A stretch of 64,000 bases of DNA from an uncultured Desulfovibrio sp. (GCA_937926875.1 CALBAX010000015.1:2412-66411), one strand, 5' to 3'; shown: positions 8,851-18,672, counted from the first letter of the stretch. Numbers and translations are program-made. Notes: generated from the sequence alone by a model not told the origin.

Positions 8851-9801
8851 CTAGAACGGCGTGCCGGTGGCCAGCATGTGTTCCAGCAGGGCGGCACGCA
8901 GCCAGCGGGCCACGGGGCCGGGACGGCCGGCGTCGGGGCCCTGGCCGATGGGGCGGCCCTCGAAGTGGCTGATGCCCACGCACAGGCTGGCGCTGGTGAA
9001 GAGCAGCATCTCGCGGGCAGTGAAGATCTCTTCGCGGCGGATGGGGCGCTCCACCACGGGCAGGCGCTGCGGTGCGATCCTGCGGGCCGCCAGCATGGAG
9101 GTGCCGGGCAGGATGCGGCGGCCTTCGGGACAGCACAGGCGGCCCTCGGCATCCACGATGCCCACATTGGCGATGGCGGCCTCGCCCAGATGGCCTTCCT
9201 CGTCAAAGGTCACAGCCACGTCCATGCCCCGCTGCCGGGCCTCGGCGGCCATGAAGACGTTGGGCAGATAGTTGGTGCTCTTGATGCGGGCCAGATATTC
9301 CTGCTTGGGCGGGATGGCGCTGGCAAAGGCCGTGAGGCCCTTCTCGTAAAAGGCTTCCGTGGGCAGTTCCTTGCGCAGGGCCACGATGTAGAGGCTGGAC
9401 CGCGGGCACTCCTCGGGCGAGACGCCGAAACCGCCGGGCCCGCGGCCCACCAGCACGCGGATGTCGCCATGATCGGTGCCCGAAGCGCGGGCCACGTCCA
9501 GGATGCGGGCGCGCAGCCCGTCCCACGAACAGGGCGGCAGCAGGGAAAGGGCGCGGCTGCCGTCGCGCAGGCGGGCCAGGTGTTCTTCAAGGGCAAAGAT
9601 GCGGCCCTCGCGGTAGCACAGGCTCTCGAACAGGGCATCGCCCCGGTGGCACATGTGGTCGTCCAGGGGCAGGAGCAGGCAGCGCGCGTCACGGCAGACG
9701 GCGTCCACACGCGCATCATAAAAGGCCAGGATCTTGTCGGCCCCGGGCCGGGGCGCAGCCATCAGGGCCGCCGTCCAGGCATCGGCATCCAGAATCTTCA
9801 T
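8851..9801 (-). CDS. class IV aminotransferase (aminodeoxychorismate lyase / branched-chain or D-amino-acid aminotransferase family)
   Basis: 317 aa from the internal ATG at 9801 (MKILDADAW...) with fold-type IV features. The upstream 58 codons of the track ORF are discarded. Confidence 0.7.
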   Translation of the reverse strand: MKILDADAWTAALMAAPRPGADKILAFYDARVDAVCRDARCLLLPLDDHMCHRGDALFESLCYREGRIFALEEHLARLRDGSRALSLLPPCSWDGLRARILDVARASGTDHGDIRVLVGRGPGGFGVSPEECPRSSLYIVALRKELPTEAFYEKGLTAFASAIPPKQEYLARIKSTNYLPNVFMAAEARQRGMDVAVTFDEEGHLGEAAIANVGIVDAEGRLCCPEGRRILPGTSMLAARRIAPQRLPVVERPIRREEIFTAREMLLFTSASLCVGISHFEGRPIGQGPDAGRPGPVARWLRAALLEHMLATGTPF

Positions 9802-9985
9802 GGCATCCCCGCGAAAGGCCGTCCCGCACGGGAGCGGCCTGTTGTGGTTGTGGATCGGGGCAGGGCCCCTGCCGGCGTCAGCCGCCGGTGAAACGTCTTT
9901 TTCTAGCACGAACGGCGGCGACGGGGAATACCTTGCCCTGCTGCCGGAGGACATGCCCGTGCCTTCGCGCCGCACGGCAAAAAGC

Positions 9986-10062
9986 AGGGGGAAGGACCTG
10001 CCCCGCCACGGCGGGAACGGGCCCCTCCCCCTTTGTTGCTGTCCGTATCCTGTCGCTGCGGG
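9986..10062. repeat. Possible degenerate copy of the GC-rich palindromic element family
   Basis: AGGGGGAAGGACC ... CCCCTCCCCC followed by TTGTTGCTGTCCGTATCCTGTCGCTGCGGG, which resembles the internal core of the long copies (GCTGTCCGT shared). Confidence 0.3.
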
Positions 10063-11109
10063 CTAGGACATGAAAACGTTCTTGTCGGGCACGCGCACCA
10101 GGTCGCGCTTGAGCAGTTCCTCGGCGATCTGCACGGCATTGAGGGCCGCGCCCTTGCGCACGTTGTCGGCCACGATCCAGAGGTTCAGGCCGTTCTCGAT
10201 GGTCTCGTCCTCGCGGATGCGGCCCACGTAGGTCTCGTCATCGCCCACGCAGTAGGCGGGCATGGGGTACATCTTTTCGCGCGGGTTGTCGAAGACGCGC
10301 ACGCCGGGGGCCTGCGAGAGCAGGATGCGGCATTCCTTGGCGGTCATCTTCTTGTGGGTCTCGATGTTCACGGATTCGGAATGGCAGTAGAACACGGGCA
10401 CGCGCACGCAGGTGGCAGTCACCTTGACCGTGGGATCGTTGAAGATCTTCACGGTCTCGTTGACCATCTTCATCTCTTCCTTGGTGTAGTCGTTCTCCAG
10501 GAAGACGTCGATGTGCGGCAGCACGTTGAAGGCGATGCGGTAAGGATAGACCTTGTTCTCGGGCTCGCGCATGTTGAACAGGTCGCGGGTCTGGCGTTCC
10601 AGTTCTTCCAGGCCCTTCTGGCCGGTACCGGACACGGCCTGGTAGGTGGAGACCACGATGCGCTTGATGCCCACGGCGTCATGGATGGGCTTGAGGGCCA
10701 CCAGCATCTGGATGGTGGAGCAGTTGGGGTTGGCGATGATGCCCTGATGCCCTTCCAGATGTTCGGGGTTCACTTCGGGGACCACCAGGGGGCAGCGGTC
10801 GTCCATGCGCCACTGGGAGGAGTTGTCCACCACCACACAGCCGGCATGGGCGGCATGGGGAGCGAATTTTTCGGAAGTGCTGCCGCCGGCGGAGAAGATG
10901 GCGATGTCGATACCTTCGAAGACATCTTCCTTCAGTTCCTGCACCACCAGCTCGTCATCGCCGAAAGGCACCTTGGTCCCGGCGGAACGGGCCGAGGCGA
11001 AGGCGCGCACTTCCGTGGCCGGGAACTGGCGAGCGTGCAGGGTTTTCAGCATTTCACGGCCCACGGCGCCCGTGGCGCCCACAACGGCAACAGTCAACTT
11101 CTTGCTCAT
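10063..11109 (-). CDS. asd: aspartate-semialdehyde dehydrogenase
   Basis: 348 aa, MSKKLTVAVVGATGAVG Rossmann N-terminus; conserved Asd core including the active-site Cys region (IIANPNCST). Confidence 0.95.
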   Translation of the reverse strand: MSKKLTVAVVGATGAVGREMLKTLHARQFPATEVRAFASARSAGTKVPFGDDELVVQELKEDVFEGIDIAIFSAGGSTSEKFAPHAAHAGCVVVDNSSQWRMDDRCPLVVPEVNPEHLEGHQGIIANPNCSTIQMLVALKPIHDAVGIKRIVVSTYQAVSGTGQKGLEELERQTRDLFNMREPENKVYPYRIAFNVLPHIDVFLENDYTKEEMKMVNETVKIFNDPTVKVTATCVRVPVFYCHSESVNIETHKKMTAKECRILLSQAPGVRVFDNPREKMYPMPAYCVGDDETYVGRIREDETIENGLNLWIVADNVRKGAALNAVQIAEELLKRDLVRVPDKNVFMS

Positions 11110-11648
11110 GCTCTTCTCTCCATGCAGGGCAAATCAAAGGCTATACGGGGTCTGCAGCAGCATCATTCCGGCCCGGCCCCTAAAGAAACCTGACTATAGC
11201 GGGCATCATGGCAAAAGGGAAGATGTGACGGTGCATCTGTGCTGACAATTTTGGTGTGAAAAATTACACAGTTATCCTGCAATGCCTTGGCCGTTCACCG
11301 CCCTTTTTTCCGACAGCGCGGCATGGGGCGGCGCAACACACTGAAATCGAAACGATTTTCCGCTTCCTTCCCGCAGTGCCGCAAGCCGTCAGGCCCCTTC
11401 CCCGGCAGGACAGCCGCAGGCAGCGACCGGTGTTGCCTGCCCCGGCGTGCCAGGCGGCCCCGACCGGACAGCGCGAATGGTGGCCCGGCCACAGGAAAAA
11501 AGGACACTGCCGGGATACGGCCGGGGAAGCCGGCGCGGGCAGGGCGCAAAGGCGGGGGAACCCCTTGGAGGCCTTGCTGCCGCCCTTCCGGGCGGTGCGC
11601 CGCACGCAGAAAAAACGCCTCCCGTCCGTTTCCGGCGGGCCAGGAATG

Positions 11649-11678
11649 TTGACCGTTCCGGCGCAAGCTCCTATACTT
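11649..11678 (+). promoter_or_regulatory. Candidate sigma70-type promoter (TTGACC-18 nt-TATACT) giving a leaderless pyrK transcript
   Basis: The -35 and -10 hexamers are near consensus. The -10 ends 5 nt before the pyrK ATG at 11684, and there is no Shine-Dalgarno sequence upstream of that ATG. Confidence 0.4.
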
Positions 11679-11683
11679 GCGCG

Positions 11684-12493
11684 ATGACACAACCTAGCTC
11701 CTGCCTACTTACGGTGCTGGATCTGGTCCCCTTCGGCCAGACCGGCCAGGAAAGCCGCTTCTTCGCCCTGCGCCTCACCCGCCCCGACTGGCCGTCGTGG
11801 CGTCCCGGCCAGTTCGTGATGGTGCGGCCCACGTCGTTCGGTCTCGAGATGCCCTGGGCCCGTCCCTTCGGCATCTGCCACATGACCTCCCGCCACCTGA
11901 TCTGCTTCTTCCAGGTCGTGGGGCGCGGCACCCGTCGCATGGCCGAACTCAAGGCCGGTGACACCGTGCGCGTCTGGGGGCCTTTGGGCAACGGCTTCGC
12001 CATGGAGCCCGATACCCCCACCCTGCTGCTGGCCGGCGGCATGGGCATCGTGCCCTTCGTGGGCTATGTGAGCGAGCACCCCAAGCCGTGGAACGTGACC
12101 ATGCTCTTTGGCCATCGCGAGCCGCTGAGCTGCTACCCCGTGGACAGCATCAACGAGCATGTGCCCCTGGACAGCCTGCGCGAGACCGTGCCCGGCGACC
12201 TGGACAACTTCATCTTCACCATCCAGGAACGCATGCGCGAATACGCCGAGCAGAAGGGCCTGATCCTGGCCTGCGGCCCCCTGCCCTTCCTCAAGACCGT
12301 GCACGGCTTCGCCCGTGAGCTCAACGCCCGCGTGCAGCTCTCGCTGGAAAACCGCATGGCCTGCGGCGTGGGCGCCTGCCTGGGCTGCGTGACCCGCACC
12401 ACCGGGGAATGGCCCGTGGCCGACAAGCGCAACGGCCTTGTCCAGACCTGCAACCACGGCCCCGTGTTCTGGGCCAACCAGATCGAGCTCTAG
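11684..12493 (+). CDS. pyrK: dihydroorotate dehydrogenase electron-transfer subunit
   Basis: Internal ATG (MTQPSSCLLTVLDLVP) at 11684; FAD/NAD-binding ferredoxin-reductase fold; C-terminal CGVGACLGC 2Fe-2S motif. Confidence 0.9.
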   Translation: MTQPSSCLLTVLDLVPFGQTGQESRFFALRLTRPDWPSWRPGQFVMVRPTSFGLEMPWARPFGICHMTSRHLICFFQVVGRGTRRMAELKAGDTVRVWGPLGNGFAMEPDTPTLLLAGGMGIVPFVGYVSEHPKPWNVTMLFGHREPLSCYPVDSINEHVPLDSLRETVPGDLDNFIFTIQERMREYAEQKGLILACGPLPFLKTVHGFARELNARVQLSLENRMACGVGACLGCVTRTTGEWPVADKRNGLVQTCNHGPVFWANQIEL

Positions 12494-12506
12494 GCCGGGG
12501 GACAGC

Positions 12507-13448
12507 ATGAACCAGCACTCTATGGATCTTTCCGTCACCCTCAAGGGGCCCACGCAGAGCCTGCACCTCAAGAACCCGGTGCTCACGGCTTCCGGCACCT
12601 TCGGCTACGGCATGGAATTCGCCCCCTACGGCGACCTGACCAGCCTGGGCGGCATCATCGTCAAGGGCCTGTCCCTGCTGCCCCGCGACGGCAACCCCTG
12701 CCCGCGCATCGTGGAGACCACGGCCGGCATGCTCAATGCCGTGGGCCTGCAGAACGACGGCGTGGAAGCCTTCTGCAAGGAAAAGCTCCCCCGCCTGCCC
12801 TGGCAACAGCTGCCCGTCATCGCCAACCTTTACGCCACCTCCCCCGCCGAATTCGGCGAGCTGGCCGCCCGCCTCAATGAAGAGGAAGGCGTAGCCGCGC
12901 TGGAAGTGAACGTCTCCTGCCCCAACGTCAAGAGCGGCGGCATCCTCTTCGGGCAGGACCCCAAGCTGGCCGCGGCCGTCACCCGCGCCGCCCGTGACGC
13001 GGCACCCGACAAGCCGCTCATCATCAAGCTTTCGCCCAATGTCACGGACATCGCCCTCATGGCCCGCAGCGTGCAGGACGCCGGTGCGGACATGATCTCG
13101 TGCATCAACACCCTTTCGGGCATGGCCGTGGACGTGGCCCGGCGCACGCCCCGCCTGGCCAACGTCATCGGCGGCCTGTCCGGCCCGGCCATCAAGCCCG
13201 TGGCCCTGCGCTGCGTGTGGCAGGTCTGCAAGGCCGTGGACATCCCCGTCATCGGCCTGGGCGGCATCTGCTCCGCCGAAGACGTGCTGGAATTCATCCT
13301 GGTGGGCGCCCATGCCGTCCAGATCGGCACGGCCAACTTCATCAGCCCCGACCGCGCCTTCGAGATCGTCAAGGAACTGCCCGTCGTCTGCCACCAGCTG
13401 GGCGTGACCAGCCTGGACGAGCTGCGCGGCTCCCTGAAGACGGCCTAA
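12507..13448 (+). CDS. pyrD: dihydroorotate dehydrogenase (class 1B) catalytic subunit
   Basis: MNQHSMDLSVTLKG start at 12507. TIM-barrel DHOD motifs (NTLSGMAVD, GLGGI) are present. Confidence 0.9.
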   Translation: MNQHSMDLSVTLKGPTQSLHLKNPVLTASGTFGYGMEFAPYGDLTSLGGIIVKGLSLLPRDGNPCPRIVETTAGMLNAVGLQNDGVEAFCKEKLPRLPWQQLPVIANLYATSPAEFGELAARLNEEEGVAALEVNVSCPNVKSGGILFGQDPKLAAAVTRAARDAAPDKPLIIKLSPNVTDIALMARSVQDAGADMISCINTLSGMAVDVARRTPRLANVIGGLSGPAIKPVALRCVWQVCKAVDIPVIGLGGICSAEDVLEFILVGAHAVQIGTANFISPDRAFEIVKELPVVCHQLGVTSLDELRGSLKTA

Positions 13449-13622
13449 CGCACGTCCGCTCCTTTTCCCGTGCGGGAGGGTACCGTAAGGCGCTCTCCCG
13501 CGCGGTGTTTTTTGTCCGGGGCCCGCGCCGTGGCCCGGCCCCGCCTGCCGCGCCACGGCGCCTGCCGGGACGGCCCCGAAAAACCAACCGCAACAGGGCG
13601 GCAGCCCCTGCAAGTCTGCTCC

Positions 13623-14768
13623 ATGGAGGCCCGCGTGGCAGAACTGAGCATCATCCCCGTCAACACTGCGGAAGACCTGGACCGCTTCGTGGAACTGCCC
13701 TGGAGCATCTACACGCCGGATTCCCTCTGGGTGCCCAACCTGAAAAAACAGGATCGCGAGCTGCTCTCGCCCGGCGAGCACCCCTTCTGGAATACCGCCC
13801 GGCGCGAACTGTTCCTGGCCCTGCGCGACGGCCGCCCCGTGGGCCGCATCGCGGCCATCGTGGACGAAAAATACAACGCCTATGCCGGCGAACGCTGCGG
13901 GGCCTTCGGCTTTTTCGAATGCCGGGACGACCGCGAGGCCGCCCACGCCCTGTTGCAGGCCGCCCACGACTGGCTGCGCCGCCAGGGCATGGCCTTCATG
14001 CGCGGGCCCCTCAACCCGTCCACCAACTACACCTGCGCCATGCTGGTGGACGGCTTCGACGAGGCCCCCGCGCTCATGATGCCCTGGAACCCGCCCTACT
14101 ATCCCGCCCTGCTGGAATCCTGGCACATGCGCAAGGAGCAGGACCTGTTCGCCTACCTCATCGAGCGCGACAAGCTGCACGTGGAGGACTGGCTCAAGGA
14201 CGAGATCCGTCACCTCAAGGAACAGGAGCGCTTCACCTGCCGTGTCTCCTCCAAGGCCACCCTGGCCGAGGACATCCGCATCATGCTGGACCTCTACCGC
14301 ATCTCGTGGGCCGGCAACTGGGGCTTCGCGCCCCTTTCCGACGGCGAGGCCGATGTGCTGGTGAAGGAGCTCAAGGGCCTGCTCGATCCCGATTTCTTCG
14401 TCCTCTTCTTCCACGATGGCGAGCCCGCCGCGGGCATGGTGGCCCTGCCGGACTTCAATCCCCTGCTCAAACGCCTCAACGGCAAGCTGGGCCTCAGCGC
14501 CCTGTGGCACTACTGGCAGGCGCGCGGCGAGATGCGCGGCAAGTACCGCATGATGCTCTTCGGCATCCGTGAGGAGTTCCGCCTGCTGGGCCTGCCCCTG
14601 CTCCTGCTGGACTACATGCTGGAACAGGCCCGCCGCCATCCCGAGTTCTGCCAGGTGGAAGGCTCGTGGGTGCTGGAAGACAACATGGCCGTCAATGACC
14701 TCATCGAAGACTTTTCCGGGCGGATCACCAAACGTTACCGCCTGTACCGCAAGGAGATCGTGTCATGA
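13623..14768 (+). CDS. acyl-CoA N-acyltransferase (GNAT superfamily) protein, about 380 aa
   Basis: Internal ATG at 13623 (MEARVAELSIIPVN). Long GNAT-like fold. Its stop overlaps the start of the next gene (ATGA). Confidence 0.5.
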   Translation: MEARVAELSIIPVNTAEDLDRFVELPWSIYTPDSLWVPNLKKQDRELLSPGEHPFWNTARRELFLALRDGRPVGRIAAIVDEKYNAYAGERCGAFGFFECRDDREAAHALLQAAHDWLRRQGMAFMRGPLNPSTNYTCAMLVDGFDEAPALMMPWNPPYYPALLESWHMRKEQDLFAYLIERDKLHVEDWLKDEIRHLKEQERFTCRVSSKATLAEDIRIMLDLYRISWAGNWGFAPLSDGEADVLVKELKGLLDPDFFVLFFHDGEPAAGMVALPDFNPLLKRLNGKLGLSALWHYWQARGEMRGKYRMMLFGIREEFRLLGLPLLLLDYMLEQARRHPEFCQVEGSWVLEDNMAVNDLIEDFSGRITKRYRLYRKEIVS

Positions 14769-15817
14769 GCCATAGCGCCGATACTCCCCTGATCACGCCC
14801 GCGCCCTGGCTGGACGGCAAAAAGGTCGTCGTCACCGGCGGCACCGGCTTCGTGGGCCGCCACCTGCTGCCCCAGCTGGTGGCTGCCGGGGCCCGCGTCA
14901 CCTGCATCACCCGCGCCACGTCCCGCCGCGACCATCTGCCCGCCGGGGTGGAAGTTGTCCGCGCCGACCTGCGCAGCGGCGCCGGGCTGGAAGAAGCCCT
15001 GCGCGGCCAGGACATCTGCATCCACATGGCCGCCCTGCTCTTCGGGCTGGGCTGGCAGGACTATCTGCGCGCCAACAGCGAGGCCGCCCGCGCCCTGGCC
15101 ACGGCCTGGCAGCGCCTCGACGCGCAGGGCCAGGCCCCGCAGCGTCTGGTGCTGGTCTCCAGTCTGGCCGCCAGCGGCCCCTGCGACACTCCCGCCGGCA
15201 GGGGCGACGACGCGCCCGGCGCGCCCGTGTCCGCCTACGGCTGGTCCAAGCTCATGGTGGAACAGATCCTGGGCCGTGCCCTGGGCGATCGCATGGTCAC
15301 CCTGCGGCCGCCCATCATCTACGGCTCCGGCGACCGCGGCCTGCTGCCCGTGTTCCAGGGCCTGCGCTGGGGCGTGGCCGTCACGCCCGGCCTGTTCCGC
15401 CGCTTCCCGGTCTCGGCCGTGCATGGCCGCGACGTGGGCCGCGCCATCGTCTGCTGCTGCCGCCCCGAAGCGCACGGCGTCTACCACGTCAACGACGGCG
15501 GCTGCTACGCCATGGCCGACGTTTACCGCGCCATGGCCCGGGCCATGGGCAAAAAGGCCTGCATCCTGCGCCTGCCCCTCTGCTTCCTGGGCCTGACCGC
15601 GCTGCTGTCCACGCTGGGCGGCAGCCTGCTGGCCGCGCTGGGACGCAAGGGCCGCGCCCCCAACTGGAATCTGGACAAATACCGCGAAGCCCGCCAGTCC
15701 GGCTGGACCTGCGACGCGTCGCGCCTGCGCGAGGAACTCGGCTATGCCCCCGCCCTCACGCTCGACCAGGGCATGCAAGAAGCCGTGGAAGGCTACAGGC
15801 GCGAGGGCCTGCTGTGA
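14765..15817 (+). CDS. NAD-dependent epimerase/dehydratase (SDR family)
   Basis: VVVTGGTGFVGRHL Rossmann motif and a YxxxK-type region (SAYGWSK). Stop TGA overlaps the GTG start of the ABC-F gene. Confidence 0.75.
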   Translation: MSHSADTPLITPAPWLDGKKVVVTGGTGFVGRHLLPQLVAAGARVTCITRATSRRDHLPAGVEVVRADLRSGAGLEEALRGQDICIHMAALLFGLGWQDYLRANSEAARALATAWQRLDAQGQAPQRLVLVSSLAASGPCDTPAGRGDDAPGAPVSAYGWSKLMVEQILGRALGDRMVTLRPPIIYGSGDRGLLPVFQGLRWGVAVTPGLFRRFPVSAVHGRDVGRAIVCCCRPEAHGVYHVNDGGCYAMADVYRAMARAMGKKACILRLPLCFLGLTALLSTLGGSLLAALGRKGRAPNWNLDKYREARQSGWTCDASRLREELGYAPALTLDQGMQEAVEGYRREGLL

Positions 15818-17820
15818 AAATAACCATCCAGGAACTGTCCAAGTCCTTCGGCGGACGGGACATCTTCAACAATTTCTCGCTGGAAGTGGATTCCGGCGTG
15901 CGTTTGTGCGTCTGCGGCCCCAACGGGACCGGCAAGTCCACCCTCCTCCGCCTGCTGGCCGGCGTGGAGCCCGCCGACGGCGGCCGTGTCATCCTGCCCA
16001 GGGGCTGCCGCCTGGGCTTCGTGGAACAGGAGCTCTCCGAAGAGGCCCTGGACACGCCCCTGCTGACCTATGTGCTGGACGTGCTCCATGACTGGAACGA
16101 GTTCTGGGCCGAGTGGGAAGACGCCGCCCGGCAGAAGGACGAGGCGCGCCTGACCCAGCTCATGCACCGCCAGGCCGAACTGGAAGCCACCCACGGCTAC
16201 AATCCCGAACACCGCGCCAAGGCCGTGCTCTCCGGTCTGGGCTTTGCCGAAAGCAAGTGGCTGCGCACCCTGCGCGAGCTCTCCGGCGGCTGGCGCGAAC
16301 GCGCCAAACTGGCCCGCGTGCTCACCGCCGGGGCCGACGTGCTGCTGCTGGACGAACCCACCAACCATCTGGACATGGAAGCCGTGGAATGGCTGGAGTC
16401 CTTCCTCATGGACTTCAAGGGCGCCCTGGTCTTCGTGGCCCACGACCGCGTGTTCATGGACCGCGTGGGCACGCACGTGCTCTATCTGGGCCTGTCCCGC
16501 CCGGTCTTCCGCAAGGCCACCTACACCCAGTTCCTCTCCCTCCAGGAGGAATACAACGCCCAGCGTGAACGCGAGGCCAAGGCCCTGCAGGACGAGCTGG
16601 CCCGCAAGATGGCCTTCGTGGAACGCTTCCGCGCCAAGGCCACCAAGGCCCGTCAGGCCGGTTCGCGCCAGAAGATGGCCAAAAAGCTGGAAAAAGAGCT
16701 GGAAGATTACCGTCCCGAGCCCAAGCGCAAGGAACTGAACTTCACCTGGCCCGAAGCCCCGCACATGGAAAAGGTGGCCCTTGCCGCCGCCGATCTGGCC
16801 TTCCACTTCCCGGACGGCAAGCAGATGTGGCCGCCGCTGACCTTCACCCTTTACAACGGCCAGCGCGTGGCCCTGGTGGGGCACAACGGCTGCGGCAAGT
16901 CCACCCTGCTCAAGCTGCTGGCCGGGACCCTGGAACGCTGCGGCGGCAACGTGGTCACCGCGCCCCAGATGCGCCTGGGCTACTACACCCAGCACCAGAT
17001 GGACACCCTGCGCCCGGACACCACCGTGCTGGGCGAGATCCGGCGCCTGTCCGACCCCCGCACCACCGAAGAAGAGCTCATGAGCGTGCTGGGCCTCTTC
17101 CTGCTGGGGCAGGAATACTTCGACCGGCAGGTGAGCAAGCTCTCCGGCGGCGAGAAGAGCCGCCTGGTGCTGGCCAGCCTGTTCCTCAAACGCTGCAATT
17201 TCCTGCTGCTGGACGAACCCACCAACCATCTGGACCTCGAAAGCCGCGAGGCCCTGGGCACGGCCCTGCAGAAGTTCGACGGCACCCTGCTCATGGTGGC
17301 CCACGACCGCTGGCTGCTCTCGCAGGTAGGCGCCGAGGCCTGGGCCCTGGACGAGAAAGGCATCACCGTCTACCCCGACTTCGCCAGCTACGACACGGCC
17401 CGCCGCGCCGCCCTGGAGAGCGGCAGCGTCAGCCCCGGCCTCAACGCCTCCAACAAGGCCGAGAAGCCCGACAACGCGCCCCGCGCCAACCTCTCCCGCG
17501 AGGAGCAGAAGCGCCTCAAGCGCGAGCAGGCCGAACGCCGCAACGCCCTGCACAAGGAGCTCAAGCCCCTGCAGCAAAAATACGCCGCGCTGGAAGGCCA
17601 GCTGGGAAAGGCCATGGACGAGCAGTCCGACGTGGAGACCCAGCTTGCCGATCCGGCCGTCTATGCCGACGGTGCCCGCTCCACCGAGCTGCTCAAACGC
17701 TTCAACGAGCTGCGCGACCTGACCGAGCGCCTCATGGAAGACATGGCTGCCCTGGAAGAGCAGATCGCCGCCATCGAAGCCAGGCGCGCCGATATCGACA
17801 GCATGGGGGATCTGGCATGA
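15814..17820 (+). CDS. ABC-F family ATPase (two tandem ABC domains, no transmembrane domain)
   Basis: Two Walker A (GPNGTGKST, GHNGCGKST), two LSGG signatures and a C-terminal coiled-coil. GTG start at 15814 overlapping the epimerase stop. Confidence 0.85.
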   Translation: MKITIQELSKSFGGRDIFNNFSLEVDSGVRLCVCGPNGTGKSTLLRLLAGVEPADGGRVILPRGCRLGFVEQELSEEALDTPLLTYVLDVLHDWNEFWAEWEDAARQKDEARLTQLMHRQAELEATHGYNPEHRAKAVLSGLGFAESKWLRTLRELSGGWRERAKLARVLTAGADVLLLDEPTNHLDMEAVEWLESFLMDFKGALVFVAHDRVFMDRVGTHVLYLGLSRPVFRKATYTQFLSLQEEYNAQREREAKALQDELARKMAFVERFRAKATKARQAGSRQKMAKKLEKELEDYRPEPKRKELNFTWPEAPHMEKVALAAADLAFHFPDGKQMWPPLTFTLYNGQRVALVGHNGCGKSTLLKLLAGTLERCGGNVVTAPQMRLGYYTQHQMDTLRPDTTVLGEIRRLSDPRTTEEELMSVLGLFLLGQEYFDRQVSKLSGGEKSRLVLASLFLKRCNFLLLDEPTNHLDLESREALGTALQKFDGTLLMVAHDRWLLSQVGAEAWALDEKGITVYPDFASYDTARRAALESGSVSPGLNASNKAEKPDNAPRANLSREEQKRLKREQAERRNALHKELKPLQQKYAALEGQLGKAMDEQSDVETQLADPAVYADGARSTELLKRFNELRDLTERLMEDMAALEEQIAAIEARRADIDSMGDLA

Positions 17821-18218
17821 CCTCCATCGTCGTGGCCGGCGGCATCATCTGGCAGGACGACCACCTGCTGGCCGCCCTGCGCCCGCAAGGCAAGCCCATG
17901 GCCGGTTACTGGGAGTTCCCCGGCGGCAAGCTCGAACCCGGCGAGACCGCCGAACAGGCCCTTTGCCGCGAGCTGCGCGAGGAGCTGGGCATCAGCGTGC
18001 GCGCCTGCCGGCTCTGGCAGATCGTGGAGCATGATTATGCCGAGCGCGACCTGCACGTGCAGCTGCACTTCTTCCACGTCACCGCCTTCGACGGCACGCC
18101 CTGCGCCCGGGAACGTCAGGAGCTGCGCTGGGTCACGCCCTCCCAGGCTCGTGACCTGCCCTTCCTGCCCGCCGACGCCGATCTGGTGGCCGGCCTGCCC
18201 GCCTGCGCTCCGCGGTAG
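17817..18218 (+). CDS. Nudix hydrolase (MutT/8-oxo-dGTP diphosphatase-like)
   Basis: Nudix box GGKLEPGETAEQALCRELREELGI. ATG at 17817 overlaps the ABC-F stop (ATGA). Confidence 0.8.
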   Translation: MTSIVVAGGIIWQDDHLLAALRPQGKPMAGYWEFPGGKLEPGETAEQALCRELREELGISVRACRLWQIVEHDYAERDLHVQLHFFHVTAFDGTPCARERQELRWVTPSQARDLPFLPADADLVAGLPACAPR

Positions 18219-18234
18219 ATGCACATCGTTTTGT

Positions 18235-18314
18235 GGGGGAGGGGGACCCCTTTTCACTAGCGCGAAAAAAGGGGTCCCCCTCCCCCACGCCCCCACCCTT
18301 CCCCAAAACGCGCC
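18235..18314. repeat. GC-rich palindromic intergenic element, copy B (short form)
   Basis: Perfect 20-bp inverted repeat GGGGGAGGGGGACCCCTTTT / AAAAGGGGTCCCCCTCCCCC with 12-nt loop, then tail ACGCCCCCACCCTTCCCCAAAACGCGCC. Confidence 0.7.
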
Positions 18315-18320
18315 TTCACG

Positions 18321-18358
18321 GCCTGTGTCCCTGCGGGGACACAGGCTTTTTGTTTTTT
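18321..18358 (+). terminator. Rho-independent terminator of the pyrK...nudix operon
   Basis: GCCTGTGTCCC-tgc-GGGACACAGGC stem followed by TTTTTGTTTTTT. Confidence 0.8.
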
Positions 18359-18672
18359 GGGGGCCTTGTTTCCCCAATGTTCTAAAAAACATATTGCTTA
18401 CTATACTGCGGGTGCCCTCGATCCGCACAAGCAAAGGGACATCTGCCTCCATTGGGCAACCTTGGAGAGCTCCCAACGCCGCGCGCTCCAGCCTGCCCCG
18501 ATAGTTCCCGTCCTGTTCCGGGCCATTGCGTCCGGGCCGGACGGCGGCTAAGATGTCCCCTTGTCCCCAAAGCCTCGCCCGGCGCCAGCGCACGATGCCA
18601 TGCCCTGTGTCCGCCAGACGGGGACCTGCCATACCGGCCTGAAGAAAAGTTTTTGGAAGGGTTGGGGGGTCA

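Noticed and set aside
16827-18218. 463-aa plus-strand ORF spanning the 3' half of the ABC-F gene and nudix
   Set aside because: Only the last 133 codons (from the ATG at 17817) form the Nudix protein. The rest is an alternative frame of the ABC-F gene with an Arg/Pro-rich nonsense translation.
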